Virus record (IMG/VR): IMGVR_UViG_3300022602_000076
Location: 7,721 to 71,720 of that record
Source: a virus
Length of the DNA stretch: 64,000 bases
Direction: 5' to 3' (one strand)
The notes beneath the pieces were generated by a model. The model was not told the origin of the DNA and searched no databases. It saw only the letters and a program-made list of their open reading frames with translations. Below are positions 38,601 to 47,485 of this stretch, in pieces. The position numbers and the translations under genes are program-made. Positions within the stretch are counted from its first letter, which is position 1; every line of letters starts with the position of its first letter.

Positions 38601-39270
38601 TCCAGTTATTTGTTTGGCCGAAGGCACTTTGATCACTCTGGCAGATGGCTCTACCAAGGCCATTGAAAATATCACAATGTCAGACTCAATTCGAGTCTGG
38701 GACTTTGACAACGGTGTAACTGCAAGTGCAACTCCATTGTGGATTAAACATAGAGAAAGTACGGTTCAGTATAACTTGCTGAAATTCAGTGACGGATCGG
38801 AACTCAAGACCATTGGTCAACACCGTATATTCAACAAGGAAGCAGGAGCATTTACATATCCAATGACTTCAGCTACTCCCATTGGAACTACTACAATTAA
38901 AGTCGACGGAACTGAAGTTACGCTGACCGGCAAGAGAGTTGTGTATGAGCGAGTCAACTATTATAATGTGGTCACTGCAGGCGGATACATGAACTTGTAT
39001 GCCAATTCAATCTTGACCAGTATGCGTTACAACAATATCTATCCCATTGCTGACATGCGGTATGTCAAAGACAGTCGTGTGTTGCGTAACCGTGCAGAGT
39101 TTGCGGGCATAGCTGATCGTTGGATTGATGGATTGCGCTTGCCAGAACAAACCATTGACATCAAACACATAAGAAAATATGTTGACCGTTTGGAAAAAAA
39201 CGAAGCAGTTGCAAAGCTATCACTATCGTCTCCAAGCACAAAATGGACCACTGGTAAATTAAAGGTATAA
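35611..39270 (+). CDS. Adhesin-like virion protein: LamG + SPRY-like + Gly-rich + C-terminal Hint domain
   Basis: WYCVAVTYD...LYTNG (LamG); GNVVDIAVDLGLERVWF (SPRY-like); CLAEGTLITLADG...YYNV...YANSIL (Hint). Confidence 0.8.
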   Translation: MALVIEGGISIGGNITITSENITPETDLVLFYDAGNSMSFNGTGSTFNTAFTGQLVNSGYYANVIVDLSILSGGAGNAGNLTGESGNTATWTSQGVASYWSFDAGSNQYIDSTWQASNVGASSAPTLNSPTYTILAVARPQDFNNGAIVGGDQNIFAFGPNGGLNDGPTLAAANGYGPPAVIDTTTQFETDTWYCVAVTYDAGDGTMKLYTNGNLVATATSVPSIDHPTGLYWGTLEGDLWFTGDLSVAMVWERAISADEISQFSTAFLSRYVTPAATSSAVFTTPYVGGPPATFTVPEGVTSISVVAVGAGGGGTTDGYSPPGTDSVMLRADNYVYANTTYTGTSNTIWIDGTANPNIANVTGDGTWIVGGSDIGYPASSVPGWDLVTSVNSGNVSNVVITINKSITTTAGDNFFFYQAVAAAEGGLEIDNYFYNQANLNPGGSNLPLGPGSSALALVTDGPYGNGGVVDWTAEYPVGGGGAGGYGIDGLAWNIDHAGSWIQNGNVDSGYHTLNFSNNNLTVTALVDIGTGAANQECQVLGTSTVALGNAKIMYSVVVNHASGIGYTGVGLSNYYENLQNYTGCSDNSIGYYDDGQVFINGTNVGNCAPFVTGNVVDIAVDLGLERVWFRADGGSWNNNGTADPAAGTGGLDISTVIAQGYPLTLAASPWYNDDTSGVDSISIATISYWSTPSGFTFIPGVASAGGTGGQGASYYAGNNTDGTGGAGAGGGGLYENTGAGGSGTSLYGRGLNGVAGSFAPYGSPDNSVSTASTGGSPLFSLDGNGGQATPWNGGRGGWPGGGGGSGLDYYMAGNGGALAYRNNYAVTPGQQFIISPGLGAQGQFGGGSGSNGAIRIVWPGDTRQFPSTNVGPDTVVVPTLDITAHDLPSGNPIGQITFNINSTGGSTILEAGVVWGLPGQATYSASTDICSGSSSTAQRKAVRDGDSCSNPFTTGLTGSQTINFDAYEFNNEEIQVRAYARNSAGVAYSATTLTWTPVICLAEGTLITLADGSTKAIENITMSDSIRVWDFDNGVTASATPLWIKHRESTVQYNLLKFSDGSELKTIGQHRIFNKEAGAFTYPMTSATPIGTTTIKVDGTEVTLTGKRVVYERVNYYNVVTAGGYMNLYANSILTSMRYNNIYPIADMRYVKDSRVLRNRAEFAGIADRWIDGLRLPEQTIDIKHIRKYVDRLEKNEAVAKLSLSSPSTKWTTGKLKV

Positions 39271-39289
39271 TATGTCATTGGCAGGAATT
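39255..39289 (+). repeat. 35-bp direct repeat at LamG gene start, copy 1
   Basis: TAAATTAAAGGTATAATATGTCATTGGCAGGAATT identical to 40016..40050. Confidence 0.95.
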
Positions 39290-40012
39290 ACACTAGGATC
39301 AGGAATCACAATTGGTGCTGGAGTTAGTATCAACTACGGAATTGTAACTACTAATCTTGCACTGTCGTTGGACGCACAGACATATCCAGGATCAGGTACC
39401 ACATGGCCGGCCACTGTAGGACCCGACGCTACCTTGTATAATGGTGTGACCTGGACAGACACAGGACCGGGATATTTTACCTTCGTTCCCAGCAGTTTGC
39501 AATTTGCCACTGCACCCAACATTGGAGATTTAAGCAACTGGACTGTGGAATGTTGGTTCAAAGTGACCAGCAATTTTGCAGGCTATGAATATCCTGCCTT
39601 GGTAACAACCGTTTATCAAGAACAGGATGGCACTCTTTACAGTAATATAAATTATACCCTGAGCACATACCCAGACAACACCACACTTACCACAGGGTAT
39701 TTCAACGGTGCTTGGCACACCACCAGTGGGTTCACACCCACAGTAGGCGACTGGTATCAAATGGTGGGCACCTTTGATGGTACCACATTAAAAACTTATG
39801 TAAATGGTGTGGAGTTCTCTTCGGCCGCCGGCAGCGGTGCTAGCATAGCCAACGGTGCACCAATTCGTATTGCTCGGCGATGGGACGGCGATGGCGAAGC
39901 CAAATACTTCATGCCTGCCGAGATTTCTGTTGTGAGAGTTTACAGTGCCGCCCTGACTTCTGCACAGGTTCACCAGAATTTCAATGCTTTGAGAGCACGA
40001 TTTGGATTTTAA
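39272..40012 (+). CDS. LamG/concanavalin A-like lectin protein
   Basis: LALSLDA..YPGSGTTW; WYQMVGTFDG; VRVYSAALT...QNFNALRARFG. Confidence 0.85.
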   Translation: MSLAGITLGSGITIGAGVSINYGIVTTNLALSLDAQTYPGSGTTWPATVGPDATLYNGVTWTDTGPGYFTFVPSSLQFATAPNIGDLSNWTVECWFKVTSNFAGYEYPALVTTVYQEQDGTLYSNINYTLSTYPDNTTLTTGYFNGAWHTTSGFTPTVGDWYQMVGTFDGTTLKTYVNGVEFSSAAGSGASIANGAPIRIARRWDGDGEAKYFMPAEISVVRVYSAALTSAQVHQNFNALRARFGF

Positions 40013-40015
40013 AAA

Positions 40016-40050
40016 TAAATTAAAGGTATAATATGTCATTGGCAGGAATT
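40016..40050 (+). repeat. 35-bp direct repeat at LamG gene start, copy 2
   Basis: Identical to 39255..39289. Confidence 0.95.
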
Positions 40051-40758
40051 CAAATCGGAGCAGGCGTTCAACTTGGATCAGGAATCTCTGTTAATCCTGC
40101 GCTACCAACATTGGTTTTAAATTTGGATGCCAACAATCCCAGTTCATACAGTGGATCAGGAACCACATGGTATGATGTCAGTGGCTTTGGCAACAATGTT
40201 GACATGGTCAACAGCGGTGATATCACTTTCTGGACTGGCAGCCCTTCCTATTTTGCCACAGGCGAAACTGGATATTTCAGTGGGGCAGGCTCGTCGGGTA
40301 TTCCTGTGGGCAACACTCTTTATACCTTGGCTTGCTGGGTTAACAGTCCTGGGCAAGGAACATGGGGAGCCAATGGACTTGTAAGCATTGGTGGGTATGG
40401 TGAAGGCAATCAATCAAATGCATTTAGAACTGCATCAAATCCCATCTTGGTCAACTACTGGTGGGGAGATGACTTTGCAGTAGGAACCACGGCTCCAAGC
40501 ACTGGATGGTTTTATGCAGTAGTGACCTACGATGGTATACATCGCAACATGTATGTCAACGGTGTGTTGCAAGGCACTGATACACCTTCTGGCACGCACA
40601 ATGTGGTTTCGTCTACGGTTCAAGTTGCGGCTACAGATGTTGGTCTAGGCGAATACTTAAACGGCAACATTGGAGCAGTTTACATTTACAATTATGCACT
40701 CAGTGGTGCAGATATATTGGCAAATTTCAATGCCACACGAAGCATATACGGAGTATAA
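40033..40758 (+). CDS. LamG/concanavalin A-like lectin protein
   Basis: LVLNLDANNPSSYSGSGTTWYDVSG; WFYAVVTYDG; IYNYALS. Confidence 0.85.
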   Translation: MSLAGIQIGAGVQLGSGISVNPALPTLVLNLDANNPSSYSGSGTTWYDVSGFGNNVDMVNSGDITFWTGSPSYFATGETGYFSGAGSSGIPVGNTLYTLACWVNSPGQGTWGANGLVSIGGYGEGNQSNAFRTASNPILVNYWWGDDFAVGTTAPSTGWFYAVVTYDGIHRNMYVNGVLQGTDTPSGTHNVVSSTVQVAATDVGLGEYLNGNIGAVYIYNYALSGADILANFNATRSIYGV

Positions 40759-40787
40759 GCCGTCAATACAACAAAATAGGAATATGT

Positions 40788-41648
40788 ATGTCAACTAGAA
40801 TCAGCGAAAGACCAGTTTACACCAGTACTGTTGAAGCCAGAGCAGCTCAATCAGCAATCAAAATCATGGAGTCCACTCCCAAGTATCACTGGACAAGAGA
40901 TCCAGTTGACACCCGTGATCATCTTTATCAACCAGTGGCATTGTCAAGCACACCTAGTCTAGTGGATTTAAGAAACTATGCCAGTCCAATTGACGATCAA
41001 GGTAATCTAGGAAGTTGCACCGGTAACGCCATTGCAGGTGCAATTGATTTGATTGATAAAAAAGAAAATAAAACTAATCGTGTGAGTCGACTGTTTATCT
41101 ACTACCAAGAGCGTGTGATTGAAGGCGATGTTAACCAAGACAACGGTGCTTACATACGCGATGGTATCAAGGCCTGCTACACCTACGGAGCACCATTGGA
41201 AACACTATGGCCTTATACAGTACCTAAATTTGCAGTTCGTCCTACCACTGCAGCCTATAACGATGCATTGACCAGAAAAGTAACTGGCTATCAACGATGC
41301 AACGATTTTACTGCTGTCAAAAATGCACTAGCCGCAGGAAATCCTGTGGTAATTGGATTTGATGTTTATTCAAGTTTTGAATCTGGTACTTGGTGGACAA
41401 GCCGTGGCACTGGACTGATGCCTTATCCCAATGTGAATCGTGAACAACTGCTGGGTGGTCATGCAGTCTGCATTGTTGGATATAACGATAACTTAACTGG
41501 TCCTGCTGGCAAGGGTTATTTTATTGTGCGAAATAGTTGGGGCACTGGCTGGGGACAACAAGGCTATTTCTACATGCCATATCAGGTCATACAAAACACC
41601 AGCATGAGCAGTGACTTTTGGACCATCAGCGTGGTGCACAATCCTTGA
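40788..41648 (+). CDS. Papain-family (C1A) cysteine protease
   Basis: DQGNLGSC, GGHAV, VRNSWGTGWGQQGYF. Confidence 0.92.
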   Translation: MSTRISERPVYTSTVEARAAQSAIKIMESTPKYHWTRDPVDTRDHLYQPVALSSTPSLVDLRNYASPIDDQGNLGSCTGNAIAGAIDLIDKKENKTNRVSRLFIYYQERVIEGDVNQDNGAYIRDGIKACYTYGAPLETLWPYTVPKFAVRPTTAAYNDALTRKVTGYQRCNDFTAVKNALAAGNPVVIGFDVYSSFESGTWWTSRGTGLMPYPNVNREQLLGGHAVCIVGYNDNLTGPAGKGYFIVRNSWGTGWGQQGYFYMPYQVIQNTSMSSDFWTISVVHNP

Positions 41649-41982
41649 TGTGTTTGCAGTCGCCTCGGAATTTAAAACCAGTACAACTGCAACTGAGCTG
41701 ACCAGATTCGTCGGTGACTGTGTACTTGTCACCTTTGGATCCTGTCACTGTCCAAGATTTACTAATAGATTTCAGATCTTCTCGAGGGAAGAAGCCCCAG
41801 GTATTGGGTACTTCTCGAAACTTGCGTCCACGCACATCTAGTTTCAGTGGCGACTTGAATTCAAACAATTCTGTCTTACCCACGGGCAAATAAGCATAAG
41901 CCTTGCTTTTTGAATCATCCATGAAATAGATATGATTGGGAGTTTTTTCATCCCATGCTGTGATTTCTTCAAACACTTTCAT
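41626..41982 (-). CDS. SWIM zinc-finger protein
   Basis: CSCTGFKFRGDCKH. Confidence 0.8.
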   Translation of the reverse strand: MKVFEEITAWDEKTPNHIYFMDDSKSKAYAYLPVGKTELFEFKSPLKLDVRGRKFREVPNTWGFFPREDLKSISKSWTVTGSKGDKYTVTDESGQLSCSCTGFKFRGDCKHIKDCAPR

Positions 41983-42221
41983 TGTCTAATGCCTTTGATA
42001 TCTTTGTATTCTACACGAATAACATTGTACACTATTTCATCTATTTTAAATGGCAAGTCCAAACTCACAGTGACCCTGGGTCCTTCGATTTCACTTCTTA
42101 TATTGTCAGATCCCACAGTACCAACAAAAGGCACACCCTGGTAAATGCCATCTACTCTGTCGCCAAATCGATACTTGGGCTTGGGAATAGTTCGATCAAA
42201 AAAATCTGTTAGATTACCCAT
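41979..42221 (-). CDS. Hypothetical protein
   Basis: 80-aa ORF, GGAG RBS, early promoter upstream. Confidence 0.7.
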   Translation of the reverse strand: MGNLTDFFDRTIPKPKYRFGDRVDGIYQGVPFVGTVGSDNIRSEIEGPRVTVSLDLPFKIDEIVYNVIRVEYKDIKGIRQ

Positions 42222-42250
42222 TGCTGGCTCCGTTTACTGCTCAAGTTGTA

Positions 42251-42279
42251 ATTATAGCAAAAAGATAAATTCTGGTCAA
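42251..42279 (-). promoter_or_regulatory. sigma70-type early promoter
   Basis: TTGACC-N17-TATAAT with extended TG. Confidence 0.85.
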
Positions 42280-43343
42280 CCAAACAATAGTCCTTGATTT
42301 TTCAGGGTTTCTATTGCAGTATCCACACTATTTTGCCAGTTGAATTGGGTTCTAATAACCTTACTGTTTTTAAGGGCATTTTCAGTTAACATCTCAGTGT
42401 TGTCTTTACACAACACCATGGCTTCTGCTAGATTATCTACATCAGGCATAGCCCATTGTCCCCAATTGTTGTCAGGTTCTGGGTAGTGTGATTGATATAT
42501 CGGACATTGAATTGGTCCCAATTGGTAATCCACAGGAACAACACTATTGGTAATGTGTTGCAGATATTCTGTGTGTCCACTGTAATTGGTTGTGATGATT
42601 GGTAGTCCAGATGCCGCTGCCTCTATTATGGGTAGTCCCCAAGCTTCACCTTTGGTAGGAGCCAACAATGCATCGCACACAGTGTATAAATGTTGCATAT
42701 AATCAACGGCTCCAACAACCACATGTATGTTGGTCAATCCAAGGTCTGAAACTTTTTGCTCAAACTCAGCCATTGAATCATCTTCACTGACTAGGTGTGT
42801 TTTGAATACTAGTTCCACTTCAGGACTATTGTTCCAAGCCCGAGCAAACGCATCGAGTACTTCAGACCAACTTTTTCTTTGTTCATATTTGCCCACAAAC
42901 AAAAATCTATATGGTCGGTGTTGTTTGGGTCTGGACCAGATATTGTATGCTGAAGGATCTACTCCTTCAGGTACAACATGAATTTTGTCAGGCGAGATTC
43001 CGTTGGCAACTAGAACTCTATTGCCCCACGCACTGGGTACCCATACACTGTCAGCATGTTCTAGGTTGGGCATGATTTTGCTAGGGATTTTGTCGCTTTC
43101 AAACACAATCCATTGTATGTTATGCCCACGAAACAGTTCATGTATGTTGCCAGATACAAAACTTATGTTGACATCATCAGGTGCACTAGTTTGTATAGCA
43201 TGTTCGACTATCTGCTGATTTGTAAAATCAACCTCGTCTACCAAATGCCCTATCCCTATGTATTGGCGGATAGCATCGCAAAATGCACTGTAATGAATGC
43301 CAACACCTAGGTTATTGCGTTGACCAATTAATCTAATTCTCAT
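42276..43343 (-). CDS. GT4-family glycosyltransferase
   Basis: [11 protein letters not shown]; [22 protein letters not shown]. Confidence 0.88.
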   Translation of the reverse strand: MRIRLIGQRNNLGVGIHYSAFCDAIRQYIGIGHLVDEVDFTNQQIVEHAIQTSAPDDVNISFVSGNIHELFRGHNIQWIVFESDKIPSKIMPNLEHADSVWVPSAWGNRVLVANGISPDKIHVVPEGVDPSAYNIWSRPKQHRPYRFLFVGKYEQRKSWSEVLDAFARAWNNSPEVELVFKTHLVSEDDSMAEFEQKVSDLGLTNIHVVVGAVDYMQHLYTVCDALLAPTKGEAWGLPIIEAAASGLPIITTNYSGHTEYLQHITNSVVPVDYQLGPIQCPIYQSHYPEPDNNWGQWAMPDVDNLAEAMVLCKDNTEMLTENALKNSKVIRTQFNWQNSVDTAIETLKNQGLLFG

Positions 43344-43936
43344 GCTGTACGGTTGGTAATAATTTCATCAACAAGCCCAAAATCCAGAGCTTCTTGAGCA
43401 CTCATGTAATTATCTCGTTCCATAGCTGAATAAAATTCTTCAAATGTTTTGCCCTTTGAATTATGATTGACATAAATTTGTGTGAGATTCTTTTTCATTG
43501 CAAGAATCTCTTCAACTTGAATTAACATGTCTGTGGCTTGTCCACGGGCACCACCTGAAGGCTGATGAATCATGTGACGAGCGTTTGGTAGAATTTTGCG
43601 TTTGCCAGCAGCCCCAGCAGTGGCGAGTAAACTACCCATGCTGCAAGCCTGTCCCATAACGATGGTTTGTACATCTGGCTTGACGAACTGCATAGTGTCG
43701 TAAATTGCCATGCCAGCGGTAACAACACCGCCAGGGCTATTAATATAAAAGAGAATGTCTGCATCTGGATTTTCACTTTCTAAAAATAACATTTGTGCTA
43801 CAATTAAACTAGCAGAATGCTCGTTTACATCTGTGTCTAAAATAACAATACGATCTTTGAGTAATCTACTGTAAATATCGTAACTTCGTTCGCCTTTTGA
43901 AGTTTGTTCTACCACAATTGGTACTAAGTTTGGCAT
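43340..43936 (-). CDS. clpP: ATP-dependent Clp protease proteolytic subunit
   Basis: [16 protein letters not shown]; YINSPGG; QACSMG; MIHQPSGG. Confidence 0.97.
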   Translation of the reverse strand: MPNLVPIVVEQTSKGERSYDIYSRLLKDRIVILDTDVNEHSASLIVAQMLFLESENPDADILFYINSPGGVVTAGMAIYDTMQFVKPDVQTIVMGQACSMGSLLATAGAAGKRKILPNARHMIHQPSGGARGQATDMLIQVEEILAMKKNLTQIYVNHNSKGKTFEEFYSAMERDNYMSAQEALDFGLVDEIITNRTA

Positions 43937-43987
43937 AGGGTCTCCTGGTTGAAAGCATAAGTATAACATATTCCTTGGAAAAATACA

Positions 43988-45547
43988 ATGCGTGACCTAC
44001 TCGATTTGATAGATAATTTAGAAGAAAGTCGTGGACTCAGTGCCCGACAACCTGGTGAAGTTTATAACCGCGGACCAAATGCTGATGACCAAATCACATT
44101 TCAGGGCCTGACTTTCTACCCAGAAGTTGGTGCATACCCAGATGTACAACAAATGTTGGCGGCATTTGCTCAGGTGCAAGAACAAGTTGGACGAGAAATT
44201 GAGCAGGTTAACCGTCCCAACGCAAGAACACGAGCATTTGGTATTGCAGCTTTTGATACCGCAGTGGGCCCTAGATATTTGGTAAAATTTGCCGAAGAAA
44301 TCAAACCAGTAAGAACACAAAATACATTTTTTCAAACCAAAGATATACCCGGCGGATTCAGCCAGAGCGATGCAAGAGGTAGCAAAGAAAAAGTTGGCTA
44401 CAAGCCCAGCGATGTGCTGACAGATTTTAAAAGTCAAACTCCTGAAAGCATCTTGGCACAAATTGCTGCCAAGTTTGGTGAGAACTCTGATGAGTATCGT
44501 GCTGCGGTTATTATCACTTCCACTGATAGATTTCCTGTGAGCGTGCCTGCTGGTAAGATGGATTTTGCTGGCTTCCGTGATTACTTTTGCGAAATGCTAC
44601 AACCTATCATATTGATCCGTGGTATTCCAGTCAAAGGCAATGCTGCCAAGGCTGCAGAAATCTTCATGGGACAAGATGGCTTTGCTGGTTCTGTAGTCAG
44701 CTTCAATCAAAATGTCAGTGGCGGCTTGTACGATAGTTTGTTGGTCAGCCCCAAAGGCAAACAAATCAAACTCAGTAGCAAAGGCGCCAAAGGTGCAATG
44801 GCATCCAGTATAAACTTGTTGACTGCGGTACGAGAGCTAGAAGCTGCTGGCATGACTCAGTTCCGTGAACAGTATGCTGATGTGATTGAAATCTTAGAAA
44901 CCATTGACAAAGGAGATCACAACTCCGGTCCATTGGCTTTGGCAGTAGAACAAGGTTTGATTACTCCTGCTGAAGTACAAGAAGTAATGAGCTTGAAACA
45001 ATATGCCGGTGCCAAAGACTTTGACATTGATAAAACCAATGTCAGCAAAAATCTAAAAAAGATCTATCACGATCGCAAAGCAGAAGATCCCAGCAAGATA
45101 GTGCCGCTGAATCACATGGTGTCTAGTATTGCCTACAAGGTAGTAAACTATATCAATATGAACACCAACTTCAGCGATGCGGCAGCAGATATTTTAAATA
45201 ACTCTGCGTTTGTGCAAATGTACACTGAAGCTAAAAATGCCAAAACAGAATTTATCATACAGGGATTCAATACTGTATGGCCCAGCAAGCTGTTTACTGA
45301 AGTTACGCTGGAAGCACAAAAGAGCTATTCAAGCACATCAAGCTCCAGTGGCAAGTTGGTGTTCAATATCAACAAAGAACCCAAGGTTGAACCCAATGTA
45401 GAGAAAACTGCCACAACAGGCAATCAAGATAAGAGCAAAGCCGGAGAGTTGGTTGATTACATTCCGCCTCGTAGCGATGTCAAAGCCTACAAAGAACCGG
45501 AAAAGTTTGGATCAGAGAAGACTCTGGGACGCAAGCGTCAGAAGTAA
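43988..45547 (+). CDS. Hypothetical protein, probable head-packaged/virion protein
   Basis: 519 aa; [14 protein letters not shown] leader; isolated plus-strand gene. Confidence 0.6.
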   Translation: MRDLLDLIDNLEESRGLSARQPGEVYNRGPNADDQITFQGLTFYPEVGAYPDVQQMLAAFAQVQEQVGREIEQVNRPNARTRAFGIAAFDTAVGPRYLVKFAEEIKPVRTQNTFFQTKDIPGGFSQSDARGSKEKVGYKPSDVLTDFKSQTPESILAQIAAKFGENSDEYRAAVIITSTDRFPVSVPAGKMDFAGFRDYFCEMLQPIILIRGIPVKGNAAKAAEIFMGQDGFAGSVVSFNQNVSGGLYDSLLVSPKGKQIKLSSKGAKGAMASSINLLTAVRELEAAGMTQFREQYADVIEILETIDKGDHNSGPLALAVEQGLITPAEVQEVMSLKQYAGAKDFDIDKTNVSKNLKKIYHDRKAEDPSKIVPLNHMVSSIAYKVVNYINMNTNFSDAAADILNNSAFVQMYTEAKNAKTEFIIQGFNTVWPSKLFTEVTLEAQKSYSSTSSSSGKLVFNINKEPKVEPNVEKTATTGNQDKSKAGELVDYIPPRSDVKAYKEPEKFGSEKTLGRKRQK

Positions 45548-46123
45548 TTACTTCTTGAGATCACTCACATAATCGCAAATACCCAGTTCTAGTGCTTCTT
45601 TAGAACTCAGCCAAACATCTTGTGGCGGTAGCAAATACTGTCGTATTTTTTCATCATCAAGCCCAGTTGAGTCACGGTACAAATCCAACATACGCTGAAA
45701 TGTCAGCTCGTATTCTTTTACTTGAGCAAACAATTCATGTGCTTTGCCATCACTGCCCCAACTGTACTGATGACTTAGTATGCTGGTGTTGGGAGTAAGA
45801 ACTCTGCGACCTTTGGCTCCGGCAATGAATATACACAATCCAGCACTGGCAATTTGTCCTAGCCCTATTGTTTTGACTGGTATGGTGCTGGCGTTCATTA
45901 CATCAATCAATGCAAATGCACTTTGAAGATCGCCGCCTTCACTGCAGACCATTAACAATAATTCTTTTTTCTTTTTCTTGACCACATGATTTTCAACCAA
46001 GATCCATTCAATTATGGGTTTTATGGATTCGTTGTCTACTGAATCCATAAACACATACATACCTGTATCATTCAATAATTGCGAATGATCGTTGTTATTG
46101 ATATCGGAATCTTGTACGGCCAT
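45548..46123 (-). CDS. Second, divergent ClpP-like peptidase
   Basis: CSEGGD, GLGQIASAG, ILSHQYS, WLSSKEALELGICD. Confidence 0.85.
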   Translation of the reverse strand: MAVQDSDINNNDHSQLLNDTGMYVFMDSVDNESIKPIIEWILVENHVVKKKKKELLLMVCSEGGDLQSAFALIDVMNASTIPVKTIGLGQIASAGLCIFIAGAKGRRVLTPNTSILSHQYSWGSDGKAHELFAQVKEYELTFQRMLDLYRDSTGLDDEKIRQYLLPPQDVWLSSKEALELGICDYVSDLKK

Positions 46124-46187
46124 ATTAGTTAGATGAGTTAATATATAAATTATAGCATGCTATAATGGGTCTACAAGTACTTATGGC

Positions 46188-46218
46188 AAAAAAAATCCAG
46201 TATCGAAATACTGGATTT
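46188..46218 (-). terminator. Intrinsic terminator after phasin-like gene
   Basis: AAATCCAGTAT-TTCG-ATACTGGATTTTTTTTT. Confidence 0.85.
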
Positions 46219-46237
46219 GGTCAATGATTACTCATTA

Positions 46238-46501
46238 TTATTTTTTGCTTGTTTTTGGTGCAAATGCTTCAAACATTTTGGTATAATCAAATTTACCAGC
46301 AGTCTGAGCAAATTTTGTGACTTCTTCAACCAAAGTAGTCATTGTATCAGTGCCCAATTTAACAGTTTTTTTAGAGTATTCAGCGTTGGTATCAACCAAT
46401 TTGTTTAATGTATCTGCTATTGCTTCGTGTTGTACGAAAGTTTTAACCAGATTTTTTTGACCAACTTGAATAGTATCGATAGTAGTATCTAATGCGAACA
46501 T
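46238..46501 (-). CDS. Phasin-like (PHA granule-associated) protein
   Basis: Helical 87 aa, IDTIQVGQKNLVKTFV..EAIADTLNKLVD pattern; PhaR-like box upstream. Confidence 0.55.
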   Translation of the reverse strand: MFALDTTIDTIQVGQKNLVKTFVQHEAIADTLNKLVDTNAEYSKKTVKLGTDTMTTLVEEVTKFAQTAGKFDYTKMFEAFAPKTSKK

Positions 46502-46560
46502 TTTATTTTCCTTTATTAAGCGAAATGTTTATCAAGACCCGCCCTATGCAGCGCCTTGTA
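46502..46560 (-). promoter_or_regulatory. ROSE-like 5' leader
   Basis: Hairpin CAAGGC-GCTGC..GCGG-GTCTTG, then TTTCGCTT-AATA-AAGGAAA pairing over the SD. Confidence 0.55.
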
Positions 46561-46584
46561 CTATATTATATATGATAATTATCG

Positions 46585-46596
46585 TGCAATGCAACA
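46585..46596. promoter_or_regulatory. PhaR-like box over the -35 region
   Basis: TGCAATGCAACA resembles TGC-N3-GCA PhaR sites. Confidence 0.5.
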
Positions 46597-46631
46597 AATA
46601 TTTCTAGTGAATGGTCACTAATTTTTGAGAC

Positions 46632-46657
46632 AAAAAAAGCCGGTAATACCGGCTTTT
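46632..46657 (-). terminator. Intrinsic terminator
   Basis: AAAGCCGGT-ATT-ACCGGCTTTTTTT. Confidence 0.85.
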
Positions 46658-46670
46658 GACACAATCCTGA

Positions 46671-47372
46671 TTATAGCGGACCGTATGCATCTTCAACCAA
46701 TTGGCGAGCCTCAGCAACTGCTTTGGTACCAGCGCAACTGATACGATACAACTCTTTGCGCATTTTGCCAACCAACTCAGTGGCGTGTGCTTGTGCTTCG
46801 GGTGTATCACACAATTGTTCTAGTTTCCATGCACCAATCTTGCTGTGGAATGTTTCGTCCTTGGCAATTTTAGCGTAGCGTGAACTGATAAAATCGTCTT
46901 GGATGGTTTCAGCCATTTGACGCCATACTGCTCCAGCACGACCTTCTGCACACATTTGGTACAATGCTAATGCAATTGGGTCATCATGACAGTTGAATTC
47001 ATTGATCAGACTAGCACCTTTGTTTTTGACGCGAGTTTCCCAGCTGTCAGTGGCAGCTTGTAGATCTACTTCTTCACCTGTGAGATGTTCAATTACTTCT
47101 TTGACCATGCGATAATGCTTGGCTTCATCAAGAGCTTGTTTACTCAAAAGATGTAGTTCTTCCACGCTGGTATCTGCTGGCATTTCTGAAATTGCTTTAG
47201 AAATTTCCACTAGATTCATACGCTCGTTTACCATACGACCTGTGAAGTGATCGATCAATTCATCCTTGGATAAATCGCTTTCGAAGTAAGCCTTGACTTG
47301 CATAGCACTGGCTTGAAATAATGCTTGGTTATTGTTTGCTATGTTAGCTACAAATTCTTTTGCGTTTTGCAT
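46671..47372 (-). CDS. Ferritin-like diiron protein
   Basis: E...DEAKH...E...DETFH four-helix-bundle ligand pattern. Confidence 0.75.
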   Translation of the reverse strand: MQNAKEFVANIANNNQALFQASAMQVKAYFESDLSKDELIDHFTGRMVNERMNLVEISKAISEMPADTSVEELHLLSKQALDEAKHYRMVKEVIEHLTGEEVDLQAATDSWETRVKNKGASLINEFNCHDDPIALALYQMCAEGRAGAVWRQMAETIQDDFISSRYAKIAKDETFHSKIGAWKLEQLCDTPEAQAHATELVGKMRKELYRISCAGTKAVAEARQLVEDAYGPL

Positions 47373-47485
47373 AAGATTTCCTGTTAAAAGTTATAAATTA
47401 AGATGTGTTGGTAACACATCTTGACCGGTGCTCAACACCGGTAATTTAGTGTTGACACAATTATTAACTTTTCGCATCAGACAAT

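Noticed and set aside
38611-39021. Canonical splicing intein
   Set aside because: Lacks the terminal His-Asn plus nucleophile and any endonuclease; treated as a Hint autoprocessing domain
2348-40623. Many 60-150 aa antisense or alternate-frame ORFs inside structural genes
   Set aside because: Shadow ORFs expected from codon bias of Gly/Asn/Thr-rich genes; no RBS or motifs noticed
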